From: Candidatus Latescibacterota bacterium
GTDB taxonomy: Bacteria > Latescibacterota > UBA2968 > UBA8231
Reading direction: 5' to 3'
Length of the DNA stretch: 64,000 bases
Assembly: GCA_965223905.1 (NCBI GenBank)
Contig: CBDCXV010000010.1
Location: forward strand, 512,001-576,000
The translations under genes were made by a program, and so were the position numbers. Positions 20,933 through 31,458 of the stretch are shown piece by piece (position 1 is the stretch's first letter; every line of letters begins with the position of its first letter). The notes below the pieces were generated by a model. The model saw only the letters and a program-made list of their open reading frames with translations, did not search any database and had not been told where the DNA came from.

Positions 20933-22153
20933 TCAGCGCCACCGGTCTATTTCCGCGGCAATGTCGAGATCTTCCGGCATCTCGTAGAAGTAGTACCGCG
21001 ACGGCCGGTCCTCGTACCCCGGCGGTGCCAGCTCCCTGTCGGCCTGCATCCCTTCCTCGATCGGCCGGAAGCGCTCCCACAGGGCCTCCGCCTCCTCCGG
21101 GGAGAAGCGCCCGGCGAACTCCCCGCCCCAGTGCAGGGTGATGGGGTGCTCGAACAGCGCCATGTTGCGGCGGCTCTCCGGCACCCTGCCTGCGTCCGGG
21201 CCCCGCAGGTCGTGGATGCGCCGCGCGCTCTTGCTCATGTACACGGTGGTCAGCGCTCTCCCCCTGGCTCCCCGTCCCGGGTGCAGCTCCTCCAGGACCT
21301 CGCCGTAGCGGGCGCCGTCGCCGGCGATCGCAGAGCGCAGGGCCGCTTCGGTCAGATCCTGGGTGCGCTCGCTGCGCCGGTTCCAGCGCTCGAACCTGTC
21401 GCGGGCGGACGGCGACAGGTGCTCGGCGTAGCTGAGGTCGTGGACCTGCGTGTGCGTCGCGAAGCCACCGTGCAGGGTGCGGCGAAGGGTTCTGTCGTAA
21501 CGGCTTCCCCAGTGCAGGATCGGCAGGATGTAGACGACGCCGTCCCCTGCCTCGAGATCGGTCTGCACCCCGCCCGGGAACGGCGCGCGCTCGTCCTCGG
21601 CGAGCAGCCGGTTCTCCTCCGCGGTGTTGAGCCGCTTGTGGCTGCCGGGGATCACCCACAGCACGCCGTCGTCGTAGAGGGGGATGTTCCACTGCACGTA
21701 GCGCGGGCCGTTCTCCAGGATGTCGTCGGTGTAGGCCTGAACGGGGGCGCTGAACGGGGGGTAGAGATCGCGGTGCCAGCCCCGGTGGCCGCCGGTGCCG
21801 TGATCGCGGACCGGGCTGCACATCATCATCATCTCGGTCACCGCGGCGTCCTCGACGCCGAGAAGCTCGCTGCTGACCCCCTGGATGTTTTCATGGTGCC
21901 AGATCTCGATGCCGGGGATGCAGCCGGCGTCGACGCGATCGGCGATCTGCCCGACCATCACCCGCGGCTGGGCGGATGTTTCCCACTGGCCCCCGGGCGG
22001 TTCGCCGTCGGCGCGATCACGCCGCCACACCGCCTTCTGCTTCTCGAGCAGGCTCTCGCAGGCAGTCCTGATCCGCTCGAGTTCGGAGGGCGGGACTACC
22101 TGGCGCAGAATGAGGTAGCCCTCTTCGAGAAATCGGTCTCTATCGACTTTCAT
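20933..22153 (-). CDS. PhyH-family Fe(II)/2-oxoglutarate dioxygenase
   Basis: FLEEGYLILRQV, WHRD (HxD), LWVIPGSH, LEAGDGVVY...LHWGS. Confidence 0.85.
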   Translation of the reverse strand: MKVDRDRFLEEGYLILRQVVPPSELERIRTACESLLEKQKAVWRRDRADGEPPGGQWETSAQPRVMVGQIADRVDAGCIPGIEIWHHENIQGVSSELLGVEDAAVTEMMMMCSPVRDHGTGGHRGWHRDLYPPFSAPVQAYTDDILENGPRYVQWNIPLYDDGVLWVIPGSHKRLNTAEENRLLAEDERAPFPGGVQTDLEAGDGVVYILPILHWGSRYDRTLRRTLHGGFATHTQVHDLSYAEHLSPSARDRFERWNRRSERTQDLTEAALRSAIAGDGARYGEVLEELHPGRGARGRALTTVYMSKSARRIHDLRGPDAGRVPESRRNMALFEHPITLHWGGEFAGRFSPEEAEALWERFRPIEEGMQADRELAPPGYEDRPSRYYFYEMPEDLDIAAEIDRWR

Positions 22154-22255
22154 CAGCGTCTACTCACTCTGGAGGCCACGCCAGTCTCTGCCGTCGCCAT
22201 CCTTCTTGTTCCGCGGTTTTTGGGCAATCGTTCCACTCCGGTGCATCCGGGCCGC

Positions 22256-23487
22256 CTACCAGCAGGGGGCCCCGTTCTTCACGTACTCGGCGGCTTCCCG
22301 CGCCTGGTCTTCGGGAATCCCCCCGGGAAAGCAGCCCGGGTTGGCGTCGACGTGGAGCGCGATATCGACCGCGGCCCCAATGGTCGCCCGCATCGCCGCT
22401 GGGCTGACGTCTTCGGTGACGTCGGCGCGGGTGTGCCAGGTCAGCTGCGGGCCGCGCTGGAACCAGAGGGTCGGCACGCCATGGGCGCTCAGGAATGCCT
22501 GGTCGAGCCCGGTGAAGTGGTGCTGCAGGTCGACCGGATACCCCACGGCGTCGCAGCGCTCGCGAGTGAGGTCGACCAGCCCCTCCCGGCCGATGATGTG
22601 GATGTTGTTGCGGCCGAGAAAGTCCCCCTGGCCGTCGAAGTAGATCCCCAGCTCCGTAGCCGCCAGTTCCCGCGCGTGCGCCTCGGCGTAGGCCGCGGCC
22701 CCGTAGAGACCGATCTCCTCGGCGCTGAAGTTGACGAAGTCGACGGTCGCCTCGAGATCGAGCCCGCTCAGACTGCGCACCACCTCCAGGGCGCAGGCCG
22801 CGCCGGTGGCGTTGTCGGCCGCCGCCCCTCCGGCCGGAACCGAATCGTAGTGGCCGCTGATGTTGATGCGGCGTTCTCCCGATGCCCCGGGAAGCGTGGC
22901 GACCACGTTGCGGCCCGTGACGTCTTCGATCCGGGTTTCGATCTCGAGCTTCAGCCTGTCGACGCCGTGACGTACCAGGTCGACGCCGTCGGCGAATCCG
23001 AGGGTTACCATGGGCAGCCGCCCTGCGAGGGCCGAGGTCGGGCCGACGATCTGGTGCCAGGCAAGCGCCTTCTCCTGGGTCACCAGGATCACCCCGGCCG
23101 GGTTGCTGTCGAGAAGCGCCTTCTCGTCGGGGAGCCCGTTGTAGAAAAGGGCGATCCGGCCTTCGAGCCCGGAGTCGGCCTCCGGCTTCTCGCGCACCTC
23201 CAGGGCAGCTTCAAGTCCTCCCGCCGGGGTCGAGGCCGAGAACTCAATCGGCAGGGCCTCGATCTCGCCGAGCGCTTCGCAGCTCACCCTGCAGAGATCG
23301 AAGTCCCAGCTGCGGGCGGGAAACTCCTCGGTCCCCACCCCTTCGCACCCCCACTTCTCGAGCTGCTCGCACTGGTACTCGGCGGCGCGGATCTCCCCGG
23401 CGAAGCCGGTGGGCCGCTTGCCGATGATGTCGGCGAGGTAGCGCACGTGCTCGAGTCCGTGGCGTTCCCTGTGGTCATGCTGCTCAT
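22256..23487 (-). CDS. M28 family peptidase with PA domain (probable indel near the 5' end)
   Basis: GHYDSV, AADNATG, SAEEIGLYG, DQAF, WHTRAD. An RBS-preceded ATG at 23487 overlaps the upstream stop but is out of frame with the main ORF. Confidence 0.85.
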
Positions 23488-25226
23488 CTCTCCTCCTTCA
23501 TCCTGTGTTGGTGTACTCTGTCCTCCACCTGCTCTGCTGCTCTTCGCCGGGCAGCCTGTTCCAGCCCCTCCACGAAATCCCCGGTGACGGCGAGCCGCCA
23601 TGAATCGCCGCGGTCGTCGGAGATCAACATGGCCGCGCCTCGGTCCCGCAGCACAATGTCGTAGCCGCCGGGAGCATCCGGGTTCTCCGTGGCGTCTTCG
23701 GGCCATTTGCGCGCGTATGCCCGCCGTTCCTCAGGCGTCATCAGATCCGGGTAGTATGCGTAGCTGACGAACAGCCTGCCGAGCCGGTCGATGCTGATCT
23801 TCTGGCGCCAGGCAGCGTAGTTGACGCGGAACGGGCTCACCAGGACCCGGTGCGGCTCCCAGTCCCGGCCCGCCTTCTTGCGCTGGTAGACCAGCTGAAA
23901 GCGGTAGTCGTCGCTGCCGGCCCAGCGGCTGACCAGGTGCAGGTTGTCGTCGAAATCGCACAGCAGCGCCGTGTACGTGTAGCTGCCCCCGCCCTCGGGC
24001 GGCTTCGGGGTCCCGAACATCCTCGGCTCGGTCCATCCCTCCGTGCTGCTTTTGGGCGCCAGCGAGCGGGTGTACTGGAAGTTGTCGTGGTGGGCGCCCA
24101 TGACGACGTGAAGGTAGCCCTTCGAGTCCACCGATATCGCCGGCGGGTCGTGGTTGTTTCGCCGGCTGAAACCGAGGAGCACGGGGTCGCTCAGCTCGCC
24201 GCTTGCGCGGTCGTAGGTGCGGACGTAGCTGGGAGCAAGGGAGCCGGGCGAGTCCTTGTAGCGCAGCGCGTAGGGCACGTACTCCCCGTCCATCTCCGCC
24301 GACAGCGCCTCGGCCTCCCCCCGGTGCCGCTCGAGGGGCTCAATGCTCAGCCACACCACGTGAGTCCTGCCTCCGTAGGTGGCACTGACGTTGCCGGCCC
24401 CCGAATGGGTCGGGGTGATCCAGTTCCTGAGCTTGCCGGCGATCGGCGGATCCGCGCGCGCCAGCAGAATCGTCTCGGGCGGCGTCAAGCGTCCGTCATC
24501 CCGCTTCTCCGCCACGAACAGACTCAGCTCCCAGCCGCGCCCCTCGACCATCGGCGGCGGCCCGTCGATCTGGTTGTGTCCTTCGAGCCGCTCCAGCCGC
24601 TGGGCGCCGGTGTAGAGCTTGCGCTGAAACGGGGTGGAGTGAACCGCGGGCGACACGGTTTCGTAGAAGGTCCAGGTGCGCAGGCGGTCCCACGAGTGCG
24701 CCAGGCCGAAGGCATCGATGCGCCGCGCCGGCGTTTCCCGGAAGATGTCCTGGCGCTGCAGATGGGCGACGCGGGCCAGCATGTAGGCGTCGCCGTCCCT
24801 GTCGAAGGAGATGAAGGGGCCGTTGCGGAAGGCGCTCCCCTCGATGCCGTCGTACTCCGCCTTCATCGCCGCGTCGAAGTCGAGGGCGATCCAGCGGCCT
24901 TCGTCATCGAGGGTGATCAGCTCGGTCCCCAACGCCATCCAGGGGCGGTTTTCCGCGTCGAACGATACCGGCGCCGGCACGTACCGGGGGGCGTACCCGA
25001 ACAGCTCCCCCTCCATGCGAAAGTACTTCTCGTGCTGGATCGGCGCGGTCACCGGACCGGCAACCCCCAGCTCCGGACCGCCGTGATCGACGAACGGCTG
25101 GCCCGCCAGCGACGGGGATGCCCACAGCAATGCCACCACTGCGATGGCAGTAGCTGGCCCCGACCTGACTCGTGGCGCGGCCGCGATGGATGGGACCGTT
25201 CTGTCAGGTGGCGCAGCGGCAACCAT
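23484..25226 (-). CDS. Secreted BNR-4 repeat (beta-propeller) protein
   Basis: NNHDPPAISVDSKGYLHVVMGAHH, YTY, SDDRGDSW and an N-terminal hydrophobic signal. Start is uncertain. Confidence 0.7.
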   Translation of the reverse strand: MVAAAPPDRTVPSIAAAPRVRSGPATAIAVVALLWASPSLAGQPFVDHGGPELGVAGPVTAPIQHEKYFRMEGELFGYAPRYVPAPVSFDAENRPWMALGTELITLDDEGRWIALDFDAAMKAEYDGIEGSAFRNGPFISFDRDGDAYMLARVAHLQRQDIFRETPARRIDAFGLAHSWDRLRTWTFYETVSPAVHSTPFQRKLYTGAQRLERLEGHNQIDGPPPMVEGRGWELSLFVAEKRDDGRLTPPETILLARADPPIAGKLRNWITPTHSGAGNVSATYGGRTHVVWLSIEPLERHRGEAEALSAEMDGEYVPYALRYKDSPGSLAPSYVRTYDRASGELSDPVLLGFSRRNNHDPPAISVDSKGYLHVVMGAHHDNFQYTRSLAPKSSTEGWTEPRMFGTPKPPEGGGSYTYTALLCDFDDNLHLVSRWAGSDDYRFQLVYQRKKAGRDWEPHRVLVSPFRVNYAAWRQKISIDRLGRLFVSYAYYPDLMTPEERRAYARKWPEDATENPDAPGGYDIVLRDRGAAMLISDDRGDSWRLAVTGDFVEGLEQAARRRAAEQVEDRVHQHRMKEER

Positions 25227-25460
25227 CACTCGCTCCTTCCTCCCTGGATCTATCTGCATCATGTCCGCCCTCCATGCCATCGCGCTTGCAGGTGTAAACG
25301 GGAACAACACCGGAAAAGGGAAACAGTTTCGCCCGCGTAACAGAAATTTTGGGTGTTGTCCGGCCGTAATTGCCGGCACGTGCATTCTGCTGGAACCATG
25401 CAGCACAGATAAGGAAGCCTGGTCAGCGATCTGGCCGAGGGCCTTTCCTGGGGAATTCAA

Positions 25461-25490
25461 TGTGACTACACTTGTCTTGATGTAGTTACA
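25461..25490. promoter_or_regulatory. Inverted-repeat operator candidate upstream of the phd-vapC operon
   Basis: TGTGACTACA-N10-TGTAGTTACA (9/10 palindromic), just before the RBS. Confidence 0.6.
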
Positions 25491-25501
25491 GGGAGATCGC
25501 A

Positions 25502-25768
25502 ATGAACGCATCCGTACGCGACCTGAAGAGCAGGTTGTCGAGCTACCTTCGGCAAGTCCAGCGGGGAGAGACAGTCGTCGTAACTTCGAGGGGGAAGCCC
25601 ATCGCCCGCCTCGTGCCGCTTCCGCCCCTCCTGTTGGAAGAGCGGCTGGCGACCTTGCCGGGGATCAATGCCGGGACGGGGGAAAAACCGAGGGGTGCCG
25701 CGCGCCCCGTGCGCGTCAAACCCGGACAGAAAAACGTCTCGGACATCGTGATGGAAGAGCGACCGTGA
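25502..25768 (+). CDS. Phd/YefM family antitoxin
   Basis: SVRDLKSRLSSYLRQVQRGETVVVTSRGKPIARLVP. Confidence 0.9.
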   Translation: MNASVRDLKSRLSSYLRQVQRGETVVVTSRGKPIARLVPLPPLLLEERLATLPGINAGTGEKPRGAARPVRVKPGQKNVSDIVMEERP

Positions 25769-26226
25769 TCCTCTTTCTCGACACATCGGCTCTCGTCAAG
25801 CTGTACGTCGAGGAGGCCGACTCCGAGACGGTACGTGGCTGGGTGGATGTGGCCGAGGAAATCGCCTGCCAGTGGCTCGCATACGTGGAGGCGCGATCTG
25901 CTTTGGCTGCCAAACGCCGTTTGGGCGACCTGTCCGACGCAGAGCTGGAGGAATGCAAGAAGGAGCTGGAGGAGGATTGGGAGAGATATCACCGTGTCGC
26001 GGTCACCCAGACTCTTCTGCGACGAGCCGGTGCTCTGAGCGAACAGCTCGGCTTGCGCGCTTATGACAGTGTTCACCTTGCGGGGGCCGAGTATCTGCAA
26101 TCCTCGCTGGGAGTGCCGATAACCTTCGGGTCCTTCGACCGCCGACAGGTCGATGCTGCCTCCCGGCTGGGAATGCTCATCACACCGGTCGATGACCAGA
26201 ACAAAGGCGGTAGTCCAACCAACTAA
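25765..26226 (+). CDS. vapC: VapC (PIN domain) toxin
   Basis: FLDTSALVKLYVEE...LRAYDSVHLA...FDRRQ; GTGA overlap with the antitoxin. Confidence 0.9.
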   Translation: MILFLDTSALVKLYVEEADSETVRGWVDVAEEIACQWLAYVEARSALAAKRRLGDLSDAELEECKKELEEDWERYHRVAVTQTLLRRAGALSEQLGLRAYDSVHLAGAEYLQSSLGVPITFGSFDRRQVDAASRLGMLITPVDDQNKGGSPTN

Positions 26227-26250
26227 CCCCCCAACAAAAGGACAATCCCC

Positions 26251-26470
26251 ATGAGCGGCACTCACCCCCGACCAACGACTTCTACCGCCCTGGGGGCTAC
26301 CTCCTCGTCGAGGACGTCCTCGACCCCTCCGTCTTCACCCTCCCCATCCCCGAATCGACGCCATTGCCGATACCGCCACCCAGCAGGCCCACGCTGCCGG
26401 CGAGAGGTTTCCCCCGAACAGGTCGGTCACACGTTTCCAGATAAAGACCCTGAATCATCCCCGACGTGAC
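26251..26470 (+). pseudogene. Degraded 5' remnant of a PhyH-like gene
   Basis: Across frames it reads ALTPDQ..FYRxxGYLLVEDVLDP, the typical PhyH N-terminus. Confidence 0.45.
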
Positions 26471-26699
26471 CAGCACCCAGTCATCACCCTTCGAGGTCCC
26501 AGGGAAACGGCCTAGCCTGCTTGGGCGCAGTTTTGCAGTAGTTGAGTCCATGCGGCGTTTGTCCATCCCGCAAGCGTGGAGACGTGGAGAGATTTCCTCG
26601 GGACGGGCTGCTGAGTAGGAGTAGCGGCTACGGGGGTGATCGAGGTCCAGGGAACAGCTCAGATTTCCAGTCAGCCTATCCGAATTGGGATAGGCTCCT

Positions 26700-27935
26700 T
26701 CAACGACCGCCGAGATCCCAGGGAATGGCCCAGTCCTGCTCGGATACCTGCAATACTTCCCTTGTCGGCGCGATGACGAGGCCGGGTTCGATGCGCAGTC
26801 GAGGGTAGGTTTTCCGGAAGGCGGTGATTCCCGTCGTGTCGCGGCGGGAAGGGACGCTTCCGAGCTTGATTTCGATGGGGTAGAATCTGCCGTCCCGTTC
26901 GAGAAGGAGGTCGACTTCCGCTCCCCCGCTTGTCCGCCAGTGGTACATCTGCGGAGGAGTGGGCATGGCCCCCGCCTGTTTGCGGATTTCAGCGACTACT
27001 GCGGTCTCGAAAAGGGCGCCCAGCATGGGGTGCCCTCCCAGTGCCTCCGGAGAGGACAACAGTTGGGCATGGCACGTCATACCGGTATCTGCGAGATAGC
27101 CCTTGGGTTTGCCGCTTACGCGCTTGACGGCGTTTCCCGAGTAGGCGGGCACCTCGAACCATTGGTAGGTTGCCTTCAACAGCCCCAGCCAGCGATCCGC
27201 GGTCTGCGGGGTCACTCCCAGTTCCCGGCCCAATTGCCTGCGGTTGATTTCCTGTGCCGAAAGGGCAGCGCAAAGACGGATGAATCGTCCGAAGAGCTGC
27301 CAGTCAGCTACGTCTGCGAGCAGACGCACGTCCCGCTCGATATAGGTGCGCTGATAGGCTGCATGGAAATCGGGAACGAACGCGGCTTCGATCAGCGTGG
27401 CATCCGGCAGGCCGCCTCGCCACAGAGACTCGTAGAGCGTTCGCGTATGCTGTAGCCGCGACGGCGGGGAAGCCAGGAACTTTGCCGGGTCGGCTATCCA
27501 ACTGGACAGCCAGGAACCCTCGGATCCCGCGGCTTCTGCCAGGCTGAATCCCTCCAGGTCGAGGAAGGCAGCCCTCCCGGCAAGACTTTCCGAGACGGAG
27601 GTCAGCACACTCCACTGTTGGGACCCGCTGAGAATGTATTGTCCGGGGGACCGATCCTTGTCGACCTCGCGTTTGAGGCTAGCGATCAACTCCGGCGCGT
27701 ACTGGACCTCGTCGAGGACCAAGGGGGGTCGGTTGTTGGCCAGAAACAGTTCCGGATCCTGGCGTGCATTCCCCACGTCGACAACCGGATCGAAAACGAC
27801 GATGTCCGCCTTGTCACCGTAGAGATGCTGCAACAAGGTGCTCTTGCCAACTTGTCGGGCACCTGAAAGAACGACGACCGGAAACGCGGTCGCGAGCTCC
27901 CGAAGTCTTCGCGTCAACAGTCTTTGTCGGTACAT
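26700..27935 (-). CDS. AAA+ ATPase (AAA_14 plus DUF4143)
   Basis: GARQVGKST, LDEVQ, TYIERDV, PKGYLADTG, GALFET, WRTSGGAEVDLL, PIEIK. Confidence 0.9.
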   Translation of the reverse strand: MYRQRLLTRRLRELATAFPVVVLSGARQVGKSTLLQHLYGDKADIVVFDPVVDVGNARQDPELFLANNRPPLVLDEVQYAPELIASLKREVDKDRSPGQYILSGSQQWSVLTSVSESLAGRAAFLDLEGFSLAEAAGSEGSWLSSWIADPAKFLASPPSRLQHTRTLYESLWRGGLPDATLIEAAFVPDFHAAYQRTYIERDVRLLADVADWQLFGRFIRLCAALSAQEINRRQLGRELGVTPQTADRWLGLLKATYQWFEVPAYSGNAVKRVSGKPKGYLADTGMTCHAQLLSSPEALGGHPMLGALFETAVVAEIRKQAGAMPTPPQMYHWRTSGGAEVDLLLERDGRFYPIEIKLGSVPSRRDTTGITAFRKTYPRLRIEPGLVIAPTREVLQVSEQDWAIPWDLGGR

Positions 27936-28048
27936 AATACTTGCAAAATGATGATATCATCATCAATCTGCAAGAAGTTTTCCGCGCCCTGACTGGAAAA
28001 AGCCTCACGAACGCCTGGAATTCCCTGGCGCCGCCCCGGCAACCCCCC

Positions 28049-29536
28049 TCAATCCCCGCGGAACCGGAAGGCGTACAGCTTCACACCCCTCATGACGAAG
28101 CGCAGCCGCAGCGGCCGGCCCGCGAGGGCGCCGACGTCGCTGCTCCCCTTCCAGGTGACCGGCTTTGCCAATCCGTTGCCCACCAGTCCATCGGCGTCGG
28201 CGAGGGTGTGCCCCGGGACCGGGGTTCCCTCCGCGTCCTGCAGCTCGACCTGCAGCCAGCCGCCGGCGCTGCAGTCGCAGTTGAGCTCGAGACGGTCGCC
28301 TGCAAACACCAGGTCCGGCGTCGTCAGCTCCCCGCCGTCGTAGGCCGCGTCCGCGGAGACGAAGCCGTCGCGGCGGATGCTGGCCCGGTATATGCCGCCC
28401 ATCCGCGACTCCCGGCGCTCCGCCTCCGGGTCCGCCTGGGGGCCGTGCTTCCGCACCGTCCCCGAGTAGTAGAGCCACAGCTCCTCTCCCACCGGGATCA
28501 GCCAGGGATTGGCGAAGAGCATGCCGCTGCTGCCGCTGCCGTCGAGGCCGGGGCGCAGGAACGGCTCGCGGCCCCCGGCCCGCCGCCAGTCAATGCCGTC
28601 GCGGCTGGTCAGCAGCTGCACGTCCATGGTCGCCGGGTAATCCTCCTCCCCCCAGTGGTAGTACGCCGACGGGAACATCAGGTAGGCGTCCTGCGCCAGC
28701 TCGTACTTCATGGCGCACGAGGTGTAGAAATCGATGTTGGGCCGCGGGTCGTCGCGCTGGAAGGGCACCGGCATGGCGAGGTCCCGCGCGTCCGCCTCGA
28801 AGGCGATCTCCAGCGGCGACCAGTGCCTGAAGTCGGGCGAGGTGATGCGGCCGACGCTGCGGTAGCGGCCGAATCCGCCCCTGGCGGCCTCCTCGACGAG
28901 CTGCGTCTCCCTCACCCGGGTGTAGCCGACGTAGAGCCCGAGGCGGTCGTCCCGAAAGAACATGTTCTGGGTGTCGCACATCGTTTCGGGAGGGTTCGGC
29001 TGGCCGGGGTAGTACTGCCAGCGGATGCCGTCGGCGGAGTGCATCCCCCACAGGCCTTCGGCGGCCCCGGCGGCCAGCTCGGCGTCGCTGGGGCGGTACT
29101 TGCTCCACAGCTTGTAGCGCTCCTCGGCCGGGGCGCGTTCGTCCCGGAACACTGTCGCCCCCTGCATGCTCTGACTCTCCCCGTGCGGGACGACGAGGTT
29201 GTTGCTCCTGCTGCCCTGGAACTCGATCAGCCCCAGCTCCGGCTTGCGCCAGTGGATGCCGTCCTCCGACTCGGCGTACCCGAGGCGCCGCGCCCCTTCA
29301 GAGGGCAGGCCGGTCAGCATCATGGCGTCGTACCACATGCGCCAGCGGCCGTCCGCCTCGCGGAACACGGTGTTGTAGGCGCCGATGCCGAGCGCCTCCC
29401 ACGGCTTGTCCGCGACCAGCACCGGCTCCGGGTGCTGGACCGGCAGGTTCATGCGCAGCTCGATTCCCCTGGATGCGGCGATGAAGCGGTCGTCGATGAA
29501 AAGCTGCTTGCGGGTACCGACGTCGATCGGGGCCAT
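28049..29536 (-). CDS. Putative glycosidase (5-bladed beta-propeller-like, Asp-box)
   Basis: KQLFIDD, ESEDGIHWRKPELG, SADGIRW, SRDGIDW, RRDGFVS, KLYAFRF. Confidence 0.65.
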   Translation of the reverse strand: MAPIDVGTRKQLFIDDRFIAASRGIELRMNLPVQHPEPVLVADKPWEALGIGAYNTVFREADGRWRMWYDAMMLTGLPSEGARRLGYAESEDGIHWRKPELGLIEFQGSRSNNLVVPHGESQSMQGATVFRDERAPAEERYKLWSKYRPSDAELAAGAAEGLWGMHSADGIRWQYYPGQPNPPETMCDTQNMFFRDDRLGLYVGYTRVRETQLVEEAARGGFGRYRSVGRITSPDFRHWSPLEIAFEADARDLAMPVPFQRDDPRPNIDFYTSCAMKYELAQDAYLMFPSAYYHWGEEDYPATMDVQLLTSRDGIDWRRAGGREPFLRPGLDGSGSSGMLFANPWLIPVGEELWLYYSGTVRKHGPQADPEAERRESRMGGIYRASIRRDGFVSADAAYDGGELTTPDLVFAGDRLELNCDCSAGGWLQVELQDAEGTPVPGHTLADADGLVGNGLAKPVTWKGSSDVGALAGRPLRLRFVMRGVKLYAFRFRGD

Positions 29537-29961
29537 GGTTTCGCTCCGGGATTCAGAAGGTGGGTTGCCGCGGCCCTGCGCGGGCATCGCAGTTGCCATG
29601 GCGGGTGGGTGCAATTTCAAGCGGCTCGCGCTGGTCGGGCCGAAACGAACTGGTGCCGCCACGACCCCTTGCCGGCTTTTTCTGCCCGGGTTCAAGGGAA
29701 TCCGGCGGCTGGCCGGTGGGTCGCCCTGCGGCCCGGCGCACCCCTTTGGGGCAACTCTCCCGGCCGGCCCCGTGCCCGGCCAAACTCCGGGAAGTCCTGC
29801 GGCTGCGGACCGGCTGAATCGCAGCCACCCTCGGGCATCCTCTCCCATCCAGGGCCCCATCGGTGCCGCCGCGGTGATAATGGCCAAATGCAGGCCGCGG
29901 CGCCAAGCCGGAGCGCCGGAATCATTGCGGAAACCACCCTGGTTTTCCAGGTTGGACCCCC

Positions 29962-31143
29962 ATGAATCCGTTACCGAAAACCGCGGGCGCGGTAGTCATC
30001 GGCGCCGGCATCAACGGCGCGGCCACCGCCTTCAACCTCGCCAGGCGCGGCGTCGAAAACGTCGTCCTGATCGAGAGGCAGCTGATCGCCTCGGGAGGAA
30101 CCGGGCGCTCCGCGGCCATCGTCCGGCAGCATTACTCGAACGAGGTGCTCGTGCGCATGGTGCGCCGCAGCGTCGACATCTTCTCCAACTTCGACGACGA
30201 GATCGGCGGCGACTGCGGGTTCGTCAACTGCGGCTGGTCGTTCCTGATCCCCGAGTACGTCTCCGGGGGTTTCGACCGCAACCTCGAGATGGGGCGGCGG
30301 CTCGGCGTCGACGTGCGCGAAATCACGCGCCAGGAGCTGCTCGAGATCGAGCCGCGCATCGAGATCGGCGACGTGCACCGCTTCGCTTACGAGCCCGGCT
30401 CGGGGTACGCCGACCCGCGCGCCACCACCCATGCGTACGCGCGCCGCTTCACCGATCTGGGCGGACACCTGGCGCCGCTCACCCCGGCGACAGGTCTTCT
30501 CCTGTCCGGGGATGCGGTCTCCGGGGTCGCCACCGCCGCGGGAAACATCTCCACCGGGATCGTCGTCAATGCCGCCGGCCCCTGGGCGGACCGGGTGGCC
30601 TCCTGGGCCGGCGTCGACCTGCCTCTTCAGGTCACCCGCGAGGAGGAGATCATCTACGACGCCGCGGCCGCGGGCGGGCCGCCGAGGCTCTGCTTCTCCG
30701 ACATGGCCGAGGCGATCTACTACCGGCCGCACGGGGAGCGCCGCATGCTGGTCGGTCGCGGCTTCCCCAAGGAGTACGAGCACGTCGAGCCGGACGGGTA
30801 CGACCAGGAGGTCGACGTCTCCTTCATCGCCGAGACCGAATCGCGGCTGCGGCGGCGCTGGCCCGGCTTCCGGTCGCTCCTCGCCGTCGACTCGTACACC
30901 GGCCTCTACGACGTCACCCCGGACTGGCACCCGGTGCTCGGCGCCGTCGACGGCCTCGAGGGGTTCTTCATGTGCGCCGGGTTCAGCGGCCACGGCTTCA
31001 AGATCGGCCCCGCGGTCGGCGAGGCGATGGCGGAGGAGGTGCTCGGGGTTTCGGACCGAACCATCGACATCGCCAGCCTCAACCTGCGCCGCTTCGTCCG
31101 CGGCGAGCTGATCGCCGCGGCGTACGGCACCAACCGCGCCTGA
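29962..31143 (+). CDS. FAD-dependent oxidoreductase (DAO/sarcosine oxidase beta family)
   Basis: VIGAGING, GGTGRSAA, VNAAGPW, YDVTPDWHP, GFSGHGFK. Confidence 0.9.
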   Translation: MNPLPKTAGAVVIGAGINGAATAFNLARRGVENVVLIERQLIASGGTGRSAAIVRQHYSNEVLVRMVRRSVDIFSNFDDEIGGDCGFVNCGWSFLIPEYVSGGFDRNLEMGRRLGVDVREITRQELLEIEPRIEIGDVHRFAYEPGSGYADPRATTHAYARRFTDLGGHLAPLTPATGLLLSGDAVSGVATAAGNISTGIVVNAAGPWADRVASWAGVDLPLQVTREEEIIYDAAAAGGPPRLCFSDMAEAIYYRPHGERRMLVGRGFPKEYEHVEPDGYDQEVDVSFIAETESRLRRRWPGFRSLLAVDSYTGLYDVTPDWHPVLGAVDGLEGFFMCAGFSGHGFKIGPAVGEAMAEEVLGVSDRTIDIASLNLRRFVRGELIAAAYGTNRA

Positions 31144-31458
31144 CCTCATAACCTCATAGTCGATCCGGGTAGCGGCCGGCCGGACAGGGCAGGAAAGGCA
31201 GGGTCATTCGGCCTCCTTGACCCCCCTGCACTTGAAAGACTGCCCTCTTGGGCGGCGGGCCGAAAAAGGCATGGAAAAGCAGGGGCTGACGGCCTCTCTA
31301 CAACCCAGGCCCTTCCAAACCTCACACCACGGCGCCGCAAACCTTCCGACTGCTCCACGTCCTGGAAACCCCCGTTCAGGGCAAGCGCCAGTTCTTGACC
31401 GTCGCGGCGCCAACCCGCTTTATCATCGCCTCCCACACCACCAGTAGAGGCTTACCCG